64,000 nt of DNA. Source: Mobula hypostoma (taxonomy: Eukaryota). Location: the NCBI RefSeq assembly GCF_963921235.1, contig NC_086107.1:110920001-110984000 (forward strand), in the 5' to 3' direction. A program made the position numbers and the translations under genes. This document shows, one piece after another, positions 38,619 to 50,689 of this stretch (position 1 is its first letter; every line of letters begins with the position of its first letter). The notes beneath the pieces were generated by a model. It was not told the DNA's origin, searched no databases, and saw only the letters and a list, made by a program, of their open reading frames with translations.

Positions 38619-38767
38619 AGTGTAATCGAGATTCTCATTGAATTCACTCTGCTGGTTGGATAATATGTGTTCGAAGACATCTGGCGTTCCTGCATAGACT
38701 CCCCTCTGAGTAGTGACCAAGCCCGAGTTCGCATAGATTGAAAAGAGAATGCTGATTCTTTGCTTCC
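38619..38767 (-). CDS. Putative coding exon (149 nt, phase 1->0): (G)KQRISILFSIYANSGLVTTQRGVYAGTPDVFEHILSNQQSEFNENLDYT
   Basis: Acceptor cttcagtattttaaag|, donor ACT|gtaagt. Lies in non-repeat sequence inside ORF 38592..38810(-). Confidence 0.7.
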
Positions 38768-41624
38768 CTTTAAAATACTGAAGTGTCACAATGATGCATG
38801 CTATTATCACAGTACGATCCTTTACTGAGTTGCAATAATCTCTGCTAATTTTCAGTATGCCACTCGAACATATTAATGAGTTGCAATGATGCTCTCTTGG
38901 TATTTTTGCCTAATTTGTCATACGTTGCCTGGATGCTTGCTACAAACAAAGCCTGTTTCTGCAGTTTGAGTTATGAATTGCCCGGTTCAACCTGTATCTC
39001 AAATACGTCCATCGCTGTTATTTCAATGAAGCTCTGCATGGTCTAAGTATGTTTACTCATAATGGTTATACATTGCAACAAAACATCCTATAACTTCATT
39101 GTGTCTCTTGTGGTTCCTCTCCGCACCGTGCGGCGCGTCGGGCAGCAACCTTGCCGTCTTCCGAGCATAACTCTGCTTTTTACGAGGCCGACTTGCTACC
39201 TCGATGCCCAACCCAGCACGAATGGAAATTATGCAAGGAGCCGGCTGGATTGGAACCCGGGACCATTGGCCTCAAAGTCCAGTGCTGATGCCACTACACC
39301 ACCAGCCAGCAATTGTGTTTCTTCCCTTTAACATTATTTTGCAATGCAGCATCTTAGGGTCTTAGCATGAACCTTTGTGTTGGTAAAATGGTGCTGTAAT
39401 GCATCCTCCAGTGTAAGTACATTCCTGCATGGTACCAACGTCGTCCATACTGAACCTCACGCTTCTGTGTGTTCAAGGTTAGTAATAAGGTATTTTAATG
39501 TAGGATTTCCTCAGAGGAATCAACTTCTGAACTCCCTTTTGAATTGGGCGCCCTCTGGTCAATCATGCTGATAAATCATTTGGACGATTTAACTTTGCAG
39601 GAGTATTTTATATTTTGTCAGAAAATAGAGAACACCTTAAAAAAAAACAAGACTGGAATTACAAAATTCAGGTGTGATTCTTGCTCGTTCTTTCCTGGGG
39701 AGCTGGATCTGCTTTGGACTGGCGTGGAGACCATCGCTGGCAAAAGGTAGATACTCAAAGGATGTCGGGGAAACAGACTCTGTTGGTCATCTGGGTTGGG
39801 GTGGTGGTCCTACGGAACAGCGATAGAAGGATCAGAGGTGAATCGAAGAAGTTTCCTTCTTGAAAGGTTTGGGGATTTAATTCTTATTCTAGAAGATCAT
39901 ATGTCTTTGAATGTGGTGAAGGTTGCTTGTATGTTGTGAATATAAGACTTCAGAAATAGGAGCAGGAGTTGGCCATTTGGCCCATTTCAGTCTGCTTCTC
40001 CATTCCATAAGATCATGGCTAATCTGGCCATTTTCCCCATAATCCTTAATTCCCCTGCTATGCAAAAATCTATCTCACTGTGTCTTAAGTATGTTGGATG
40101 AGGTAGACTCTACTACTTCCCTGAGCAGTGAATTTCACAGATTCACTACTCTCTAGGGGAAAAAGGAGTTTCTCCTCTGTCAAGGAGATACCACGATTGT
40201 TTGGAATGGAATGATTGAACCCAGAGATCGTTTGCTGTCTGAAGTGGCTCTTGTAATTTTTCTATTGCCTCAGTGTGTTCACTGTGGCAAATTAATTTCC
40301 CTGATGTACACTGCTGCCTCTGTTATAAATCTGGTTCGTTGTGACACGTGACCATGTTTTTTCCTGTTTTAAGTTGGAGTATTTATTGAATCTATTTGGA
40401 CAAATCTTTGAAAATGAGTAATTTGTGAACAGCCATTTGGATTGAGAACTCCCGTGTTTAATGTATGTCTCAGATATTGTCTAGTATATGTGTAAATGAC
40501 ATGTCAAAATGACAATTATCCTTGCAGGAATTTATTTTTTTCCCAAAAAGTAATGGACATCTGGACAATGCCATTGACTAATGCAGTGGATGCAAATCTC
40601 CAGGTGAGAACCGAAGGTGCTTTGGACCGAGGCGGAGATCACTTCTCTCAAGTGGGAGGTAATCCGTGCAAATTGTGCCAGAATTCAGTGGCTTTAGTTA
40701 TTGGGTGGCAAAGAGGTTGGGTTTGGAGAGGGAGTTCCTGGATTTTCCTTTGGCTAGTTTAAGTTTTGCATCTCCCGGGAGATTCTGAGTGAGGCAGAGG
40801 GTGTACATGCTGAGCTCACTGAAGTGTCACGACAAAATGACCAGAGGGTCTTGTGTGACAATGATCCTATGTTTGCAACATCCATGTCATTATAGTTTAA
40901 GTTCATGTTTAATTGCCATTCAACCATAGATATGACCTTCTTTCTTCTCCTTTTGCCTAGCAGAAATGAAGGTCCTCCATCTCTGGAGGTGTTCAGGGTT
41001 TCCTTCATCGTGTCAGTAGCTTCCTCTCGGTTTTCACTGCTGTCAGTCACGCAACTCCCGGGTGGAGGCTCAGGGATGCCATCACACTCAGATGTAGAAG
41101 GATTCTTCGTTGCTGTTTCTGTAACAGTTTTGTTTGACCAGTCAGGGTTGTTCGTCCTGAGCTGAACCCCCGAACCTGGATGACCGGTGGACTACTCGTA
41201 GTCTGGCCTCTACCCTTTGACCTGTTTGGCATGGGTGACCCAACCACGAGCCAAAGCATAAAGCCCTGACTCCAGCCAACGTAGCTCTCTGAGTCGTTGA
41301 GGCACACAAGCATCTAAACCCTACGACAAGGTCGTGGTCCTCTTGGAAGATACACATGACCATAACTTCATTATTTCCTGTTAGTCACCCTAGGTACAGC
41401 CTAGTGTCACTTAATGGATATACAATCAATCTATGAATATAAGCTATCTTAATTATTGTATTTTTTAAATTATTAATATTCTCTTCTTTATCTTCTGTGG
41501 GGGTTTTTTTTATACTGCATTGGATGCAGAGTAACAATGATTTCATTCTTATACTTGTGTGCAGGAAATTAGATTAAACAATTTTGAAACAAAACAATGT
41601 TCCTCTAGGGCCGAGGTGTACAAA

Positions 41625-44600
41625 TACAACACACAGAATTAGAATATCAATCACAATACCAACAGTCACACACAAGACACAGAGTTAGAATATCAATCAC
41701 AGTACCAACAGTCACACACAACACAGAGTTAGAGTATCAATCACAGTACCAACAGTCACACACAACACACAGAGTTAGAATATCAATCACAGTACCAACA
41801 GTCACACACAACAGAGTTAGAATATCACAGTACCAACAGTCACACACAACACAGAGTTAGAGTATCAATCACAGTACCAACAGTCACACACAACACAGAG
41901 TTAGAGTATCAATCACAGTACCAACAGTCACACACAACACAGAGTTAGAATATCACAGTACCAACAGTCACACACAACACAGAGTTAGAGTATCAATCAC
42001 AGTACCAACAGTCACACACAACACAGAGTTAGAGTATCAATCACAGTACCAACAGTCACACACAACACAGAGTTAGAGTATCAATCACAGTACCAACAGT
42101 CACACACAACACAGAGTTAGAGTATCAATCACAGTACCAACAGTCACACACAACACAGAGTTAGAGTATCAATCACAGTACCAACAGTCACACACAACAC
42201 AGAGTTAGAGTATCAATCACAGTACCAACAGTCACACACAACACAGAGTTAGAGTATCAATCACAGTACCAACAGTCACACACAACACAGAGTTAGAGTA
42301 TCAATCACAGTACCAACAGTGACACACAACACAGAGTTAGAGTATCAATCACAGTACCAACAGTCACACACAACACAGAGTTAGAATATCACAGTACCAA
42401 CAGTCACACACAACACAGAGTTAGAGTATCAATCACAGTACCAACAGTCACACACAACACAGAGTTAGAGTATCAATCACAGTACCAACAGTCACACACA
42501 ACACAGAGTTAGAGTATCAATCACAGTACCAACAGTCACACACAACACAGAGTTAGAGTATCAATCACAGTACCAACAGTCACACACAACACAGAGTTAG
42601 AATATCACAGTACCAACAGTCACACACAACACAGAGTTAGAGTATCAATCACAGTACCAACAGTCACACACAACACAGAGTTAGAGTATCAATCACAGTA
42701 CCAACAGTCACACACAACACAGAGTTAGAGTATCAATCACAGTACCAACAGTCACACACAACACACAGAGTTAGAGTATCAATCACAGTACCAACAGTCA
42801 CACACAACACAGAGTTAGAATATCACAGTACCAACAGTCACACACAACACAGAGTTAGAGTATCAATCACAGTACCAACAGTCACACACAACACAGAGTT
42901 AGAGTATCAATCACAGTACCAACAGTCACACACAACACAGAGTTAGAGTATCAATCACAGTACCAACAGTCACACACAACACAGAGTTAGAGTATCAATC
43001 ACAGTACCAACAGTCACACACAACACAGAGTTAGAGTATCAATCACAGTACCAACAGTCACACACAACACAGAGTTAGAGTATCAATCACAGTACCAACA
43101 GTCACACACAACACAGAGTTAGAGTATCAATCACAGTACCAACAGTCACACACAACACAGAATTAGAGTATCAATCACAGTACCAACAGTCACACACAAC
43201 ACAGAGTTAGAGTATCAATCACAGTACCAACAGTCACACACAACACAGAGTTAGAGTATCAATCACAGTACCAACAGTCACACACAACACAGAGTTAGAG
43301 TATCAATCACAGTACCAACAGTCACACACAACACAGAGTTAGAGTATCAATCACAGTACCAACAGTCACACACAACACAGAGTTAGAGTATCAATCACAG
43401 TACCAACAGTCACACACAACACAGAGTTAGAATATCACAGTACCAACAGTCACACACAACACAGAGTTAGAGTATCAATCACAGTACCAACAGTCACACA
43501 CAACACAGAGTTAGAGTATCAATCACAGTACCAACAGTCACACACAACACAGAGTTAGAGTATCAATCACAGTACCAACAGTCACACACAACACACAGAG
43601 TTAGAGTATCAATCACAGTACCAACAGTCACACACAACACAGAGTTAGAATATCACAGTACCAACAGTCACAGACAACACAGAGTTAGAGTATCAATCAC
43701 AGTACCAACAGTCACACACAACACAGAGTTAGAGTATCAATCACAGTACCAACAGTCACACACAACACAGAGTTAGAGTATCAATCACAGTACCAACAGT
43801 CACACACAACACAGAGTTAGAGTATCAATCACAGTACCAACAGTCACACACAACACAGAGTTAGAGTATCAATCACAGTACCAACAGTCACACACAACAC
43901 AGAGTTAGAGTATCAATCACAGTACCAACAGTCACACACAACACAGAGTTAGAATATCACAGTACCAACAGTCACACACAACACAGAGTTAGAGTATCAA
44001 TCACAGTACCAACAGTCACACACAACACAGAGTTAGAGTATCAATCACAGTACCAACAGTCACACACAACACAGAGTTAGAGTATCAATCACAGTACCAA
44101 CAGTCACACACAACACAGAGTTAGAGTATCAATCACAGTACCAACAGTGACACACAACACAGAGTTAGAGTATCAATCACAGTACCAACAGTCACACACA
44201 ACACAGAGTTAGAATATCACAGTACCAACAGTCACACACAACACAGAGTTAGAGTATCAATCACAGTACCAACAGTCACACACAACACAGAGTTAGAGTA
44301 TCAATCACAGTACCAACAGTCACACACAACACAGAGTTAGAGTATCAATCACAGTACCAACAGTCACACACAACACAGAGTTAGAGTATCAATCACAGTA
44401 CCAACAGTCACACACAACACAGAGTTAGAGTATCAATCACAGTACCAACAGTCACACACAACACAGAGTTAGAATATCACAGTACCAACAGTCACACACA
44501 ACACAGAGTTAGAATATCACAGTACCAACAGTCACACACAACACAGAGTTAGAGTATCAATCACAGTACCAACAGTCACACACAACACAGAGTTAGAGTA

Positions 44601-45600
44601 TCAATCACAGTACCAACAGTCACACACAACACAGAGTTAGAGTATCAATCACAGTACCAACAGTCACACACAACACAGAGTTAGAGTATCAATCACAGTA
44701 CCAACAGTCACACACAACACAGAGTTAGAGTATCAATCACAGTACCAACAGTCACACACAACACAGAGTTAGAGTATCAATCACGGTACCAACAGTCACA
44801 CACAACACAGAGTTAGAGTATCAATCACAGTACCAACAGTCACACACAACACAGAGTTAGAGTATCAATCACAGTACCAACAGTCACACACAACACAGAG
44901 TTAGAGTATCAATCACAGTACCAACAGTCACACACAACACAGAGTTAGAGTATCAATCACAGTACCAACAGTCACACACAACACAGAGTTAGAATATCAC
45001 AGTACCAACAGTCACACACAACACAGAGTTAGAGTATCAATCACAGTACCAACAGTCACACACAACACAGAGTTAGAGTATCAATCACAGTACCAACAGT
45101 CACACACAACACAGAGTTAGAGTATCAATCACAGTACCAACAGTCACACACAACACAGAGTTAGAATATCACAGTACCAACAGTCACACACAACACAGAG
45201 TTAGAGTATCAATCACAGTACCAACAGTCACACACAACACAGAGTTAGAGTATCAATCACAGTACCAACAGTCACACACAACACAGAGTTAGAGTATCAA
45301 TCACAGTACCAACAGTCACACACAACACAGAGTTAGAATATCACAGTACCAACAGTCACACACAACACAGAGTTAGAGTATCAATCACAGTACCAACAGT
45401 CACACACAACACAGAGTTAGAGTATCAATCACAGTACCAACAGTCACACACAACACAGAGTTAGAGTATCAATCACAGTACCAACAGTCACACACAACAC
45501 AGAGTTAGAGTATCAATCACAGTACCAACAGTCACACACAACACAGATTTAGAGTATCAATCACAGTACCAACAGTCACACACAACACAGAGTTAGAGTA
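41625..45600. repeat. Minisatellite, 44-bp unit (cacagagttagagtatcaatcacagtaccaacagtcacacacaa), ~90 copies with 40- and 46-bp variants
   Basis: Directly visible; period 44 (agtacc at 42001 and 42045). Confidence 0.98.
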
Positions 45601-45764
45601 GTAGAAAAAGATAGGGTGACAAAATAATATATAGCTCAAGTTCCTGAGCCGCATGATCTGAGATTGATGGGGTTACTCATTTTTACCATAATGCACGTAG
45701 CAGCCTGTATATTTACTCTCTGCATAGATTTTCTACCAAGGTGTTTTCAATATGCATGACGTAC

Positions 45765-45791
45765 CTTCAGTGTAGTTATTTACTTCAGAAA
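45765..45791 (-). CDS. Putative 27-nt microexon (phase 1->1): (I)SEVNNYTE
   Basis: ggcaacag| acceptor with a weak pyrimidine tract (a SINE lies just upstream), donor AAG|gtacgt. Symmetric and open in frame. Confidence 0.45.
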
Positions 45792-47470
45792 CTGTTGCCA
45801 TAGTGACCATCAAGGGGCCACAGTAGCGCTTCAGTTAGCGTGACGCTATTGCAGCTTAGGGCATTCTGGATTTCGGAGTTTCACTCCGGCGCTGCTTGTT
45901 AGGAGTCTGTACGTTCTCCCCGTGAACTGCTCCAGTTCCCTCCCACAGCCCAAAGACATTTCCGGTTAGTAGGTTCATTGGTCATTGTAAATTGTCCTGT
46001 GACTAGGCTAGTGTTAAATAGGTGGTTTGCTGGGCAGTGCTCACTGGACCTGAAGGGCCTGTTTTGCATTGTATCTCTAAATAACAATAAATTTCAGCTT
46101 TAGTATTCAGCTTTATTTTAATTAGTAAATTTAAGTATGATAATCGGCTAACTTTATGCCTTGCCACATTATACTCAATAGCTTCAGAGTTTACTTTCTG
46201 TGGTAAGGGGTAACTAGGGTAACTGAAGTACGGTGTTTTCTTTAACATAATCATAACTAATGGTGGATTAGATTAGATTACATTATGAGGACATGCAGTC
46301 CTCTTTTATTGTCATTTAGTAATGCATGCATTAAGAAATGATGCAATTACCAAAGTATGATCTGGAATTATAGTAACATGTCTCAATCTTTTAATGAGAT
46401 TATCCATGAGATTTCTTCTTTAGAAGAACAATTTCATGGGCTCCTCTTGCTTCTGCCATCATCCAGGCCATGCTCTCTTCTCACTGCCACCATCGGGCAG
46501 AGGTACAGGAGTCTTAGGTTCCACACCACCAGGTTCAGGAACAGTTATTAACCCTCAACCATAAGGCTCCTGAACCAGCGTGGATAACTGCACTCACCTC
46601 AACAATGAACTGATTCCACAACCTATAGATTCATTTTCAAGGACTCTTCCACTCATGTTCTCAGTATTTATTTATTTACTTTAAAATTATTTGCACTTTG
46701 GTTGTTCATCAGACTTTGTTTATGTATAGTTTTTTCATAAATTTTATTGTATTTCTTTATCTTTCTGTAAATACCCACAGGAAAATGAATCTCAGAGTAG
46801 TATATGGTGACATATACATACTTTGATAATTAAACTTACTTTGACGTTGACAGAACTTCCACATGTGCTGGATATTCCCATGTCACGTGCATGTGACAAA
46901 AGTTGCCCGTCTTATCAGCAAATGGCTTGTATTAATATGATAATTATTTCTGCAGGAATGTTTTAGGATTTCTCAGAGAAGAGTGGGCATCTGCAATTTG
47001 TGGATTGGATGGAACTCGCTGAATTCCATCACGTGGGAGCTGGAGCCATGGCTAAAAAATGATTACCTCACACCAACGGGTAGGTTTGACAATGTGCAAA
47101 GGCTGGCTGGTCAACTGGCCTGATCTCTGGGCGCCACGGTAGCGCCGTGGTTAGCACGACGCTATTACGGCTCGAAGTGTTCTGGAGTTCAGAGTTCAAT
47201 TCCGGCGCCATCTGTAATGAGTCTGCCCACCCTTCACATGGGATGCATAGGTTTTCTCTGATAGTCCAGTTTCCTCCCACAGTCCAAAGAGTTGTCCCAT
47301 GATTAGGTTAGGATTAATTGAGGTTCTGCGGTTGCTGGGACAGTATGGCTTGGGGCCGGAAAGGCCTACTCATAGACAGGAGGCAGAGAGGAACATCCCC
47401 AATACTCTCCCCCTAAGTGCCTTGGTGTTATTACATTGAGTTACATGTTACATGTTTTAATGGGATAATC

Positions 47471-48327
47471 TACTCTCAGTGGCCACCTTATTAGGTGCAC
47501 CGGTACACCTGCTCGTTAATGGAAATATCTAATCAGCCAACCTTGTGGCAGTGACTCGGTGCTTAAAAGCACGCAGACATGGTCAAGAGGCTCAGTTGTT
47601 CAGACCAAACATCAGAGTGGGGAAGGAATGTGATCTAAGTGACTTTAATCGTGGAATAATCATTGGTGCCAGATGAAAACAACAGGAATTCTGCAGATGC
47701 TGGAAATTCAAGCAACATACATCAAAGTTGCTGGTGAACGCAGCAGGCCAAGCAGCATCTATAGGAAGAGGTGCAGTCGACGTTTCAGGCCGAGACCCTT
47801 CGTCAGGACTAACTGAAGGAAGAGTGAGTAAGGGATTTGAAAGCTGGAGGGGGAGGGGGAGATGCAAAATGATAGGAGAAGACAGGAGGGGGAGGGATAG
47901 AGCCAAGAGCTGGACAGGTGATAGGCAAAAGGGGATACGAGAGGATCATGGGACAGGAGGTCCGGGAAGAAAGACGGGGGGGGGTGACCCAGAGGATTGG
48001 TGCCAGATGGGCTGGTTTGCTGATTCCTGGGACTTTCACGCACAATCATCTCTAGGGAATGATGTGAGAAAAACAGAAACATCCAGTGAGTGGCAATTCT
48101 GTGGGCAAAACAGCCTCGTTAATGAGAGAGGTCGGAGGAGAATGGCCAGACAGATTCAGGCTGACAGGAAGGTGACAGTAACTCAAATAACCACACGTTA
48201 CAACAGTGGTGTGTAGAAGAGCATCTCTGAATGCACAGCACGTTGAACCCTGAAGTGGATGGGCTACAGCAGCAGAAGACCACACTGGGTTCCTCTCCAG
48301 TACCTAATATCGTTGCCACTGAGTGTA
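47471..48327 (+). mobile_element. Tc1-like element with a Penelope pLTR insertion (47676-47995, minus)
   Basis: Perfect 14-bp TSD attggtgccagatg at 47662-47675 and 47996-48009. Confidence 0.9.
47774..47811 (-). ncRNA. Minimal hammerhead ribozyme motif, core intact
   Basis: tagtc-CTGACGA-agg-gtctcgg-cct-GAAA-cg-TC-gactg. Confidence 0.8.
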
Positions 48328-50301
48328 CATACTCCTGCTTTAAAAATCTGTGAAAATGACCAATTTATCAGCTCCCATTTCTGTTGTGTTTCCCACATTA
48401 CATGTAAGTTACAAATGCCAGTCATGTCTGCAAATCACTTAAATACAAATTACCTTTATCTTTGCAGGAGCACTTTATATGTTGCCAGAAAATACTGGAC
48501 TTCTGGAAGAGTTTTTGGTTCATGAGATGTTTGCATTTCGCACTGAGTTTCACTGAACATGGTGGAGATCACCCCTTGCCCAAAGGTAAGGCCATCAAAG
48601 AATTCCGATGGATGTACGGGTCTGCTTTGGTAACTGGGATGGGGATGGGGTGGAGACGGAGAGGAATTTCCTGCCATTTCTTCCATGTTTGGCTTGTGTT
48701 TTTGTTTTTCTGGTCTCTCCGAGTAGATCCCGTGGTGTGGGATAGGTTTGAGATTGTACACATTATATATGTTAATGTAGGATCAGTTTACACCAATGTT
48801 GGAAATACTCTGGATCATTTTCCAGGGCTTTCCCCCCACAATTTGCTTCCTTTTCTGTTTGCTTGTCTCTTGCAGTATCTAGTTAGGGATAGGTTAGAGA
48901 TTGTAGATATTGATATAGGGTTGAAGCACTTGTGGTTGGGATTGGCCATGGATGTTGCATCGCAGCTATCTATGTGATACACAAGCCAGGACAGTACAAT
49001 ATGGAGAGCGAGCTGTTGCCCATTTAGCAGGCTCCCCCTCTCCACGCAGCTGATCAATCCAAAGCAATGGCAGGGACCGATACAGTTTGGTACCAGTGGC
49101 ATTGCAGGAGTTGCCAGTCAATGTTGAACTCAATGTAGGACAGCCTTAGGGACTCCAGGTCCAGATTTTTCCCTCGGGGTTCACTCCCGAAGCCTTCCCC
49201 ATGCGTGGGTGTAGCCACAAGACAGCAGAGGTCTGATGTCAGAGTCTTCCTTCTCCTAGATGAGCTGCCAACTACAGGTGATGAGCCCTACCAGCTCGAA
49301 GCGACTGGTCTTACGGCACCTATCCCCCTTCTCCTGTCGGCAGAAATAGTTCCACCAGGCTTCGCAGCTAAGCCAGACGTGAAGGCCAGGGGCTGGACTT
49401 AGTTGTCAGAGACTATTTGAGACACACAACACTGGGAGCATTTTATAGGTAGTGGGGAGCTTATCTCCAATACCACCCCTGGCTATGACAACCTTAAGGA
49501 ACTGCAATATGATATACGTTTGTAGAATGTTATCACCAATGTGGGTAACAGCCTAGATGGTCCATAGGACTTTCCCTATCTGGCATTCTATGTCCAAATC
49601 GTGGACCTTATGACTTTAGCTTACTTTCTCACTGTATTGAAGACCACCTCCAGTTTAAATATGGTCACTTTGTTGTAACAAGTTGCTATGATTTATCCTA
49701 TGTATGAAGCCTATATATTGGCATGGGCAACGTGGGCCAAAGGGCCCCTTACTGGGGTGAGTCTGTGACTCTTCATCATCAGTTTGATTGTGTCCATACT
49801 CAAATAATTTACCTCCTGGTCTCAATGTGTTTGTACTTAATGGAGTTCATCAAACCCAGCGTGTTTTACCTGCCGTGAGGGAGAATATTTAGCCATAAGG
49901 AACATTGCAGACCCAGCTTGTAGCTTTACTGTAGTTATGTATCACTGTTAGGTAACCATAGAGATACCTTACCTCAAGCCCATAAGACAAAGGAGCAGAA
50001 TAGGCCATTCGGCCCATCGAGTCTGCTCTGCTATTTCAGCAATCCTGGACTGATCTCGAGACAATTAACCCATCAACCGGTACGCCGTTAGACTGTGGGA
50101 GGAAACTGGAGTGTCCGGGGGAAACCCACGCGGTCATGGGGAGAACGTACAAACTCCTTACAGGCAGCGGTGGGAATTGAACCCAGGTCGCTGGCACTGT
50201 AAAGTGTTGTACCGACCACTACGCTACCGTGTCCTCATTGTGTCAGTAGAGGAGGCCATGGATAGGCATGTCAGAATGCTGTATGAGATAAGTGTGCTTA
50301 C

Positions 50302-50311
50302 TGGTAAGATT
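50302..50311 (-). CDS. Putative 10-nt microexon (AATCTTACCA, phase 0->1): NLT
   Basis: Long pyrimidine tract cctgtttttccccgtccttctctgtaacttctgccatctccaacag|, donor CCA|gtaagc. Supplies the phase shift needed to join the flanking exons. Confidence 0.6.
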
Positions 50312-50689
50312 CTGTTGGAGATGGCAGAAGTTACAGAGAAGGACGGGGAAAAACAGGCCAGGGGTCATCCAAACAGAAAGAAAAAAGTTTGTAGTACAAA
50401 TTGGTCTTGCCAGTGACATCCTGATCTTGACAAGTGAATAAAACAGTTGAAGCCTTGGCCCAGTATATTTGATTAATGTGGAAATGATAAACAATCTCCA
50501 CAATATTTTCAGCTGGGGTAGGAAGTCACAATGGACTCAGCAGCATTATAGACCAATAGAGTCATACAGCATAGAAGCAGCCCTTCGGCCCATCTGGTCT
50601 ATGCTGACCTAGATGCCCATCCAAACTAGTCCCATTGGCCAGCATTTGACCCATAACTTAAACCTTTCCAATCCACGTATCTGCCAAAT

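Noticed and set aside
41625..45600. CRISPR-like array
   Set aside because: Head-to-tail identical units with no unique spacers, no cas genes and a eukaryotic context; it is a minisatellite.
49813..49869. 57-nt minus-strand exon candidate
   Set aside because: Stops in all three frames.
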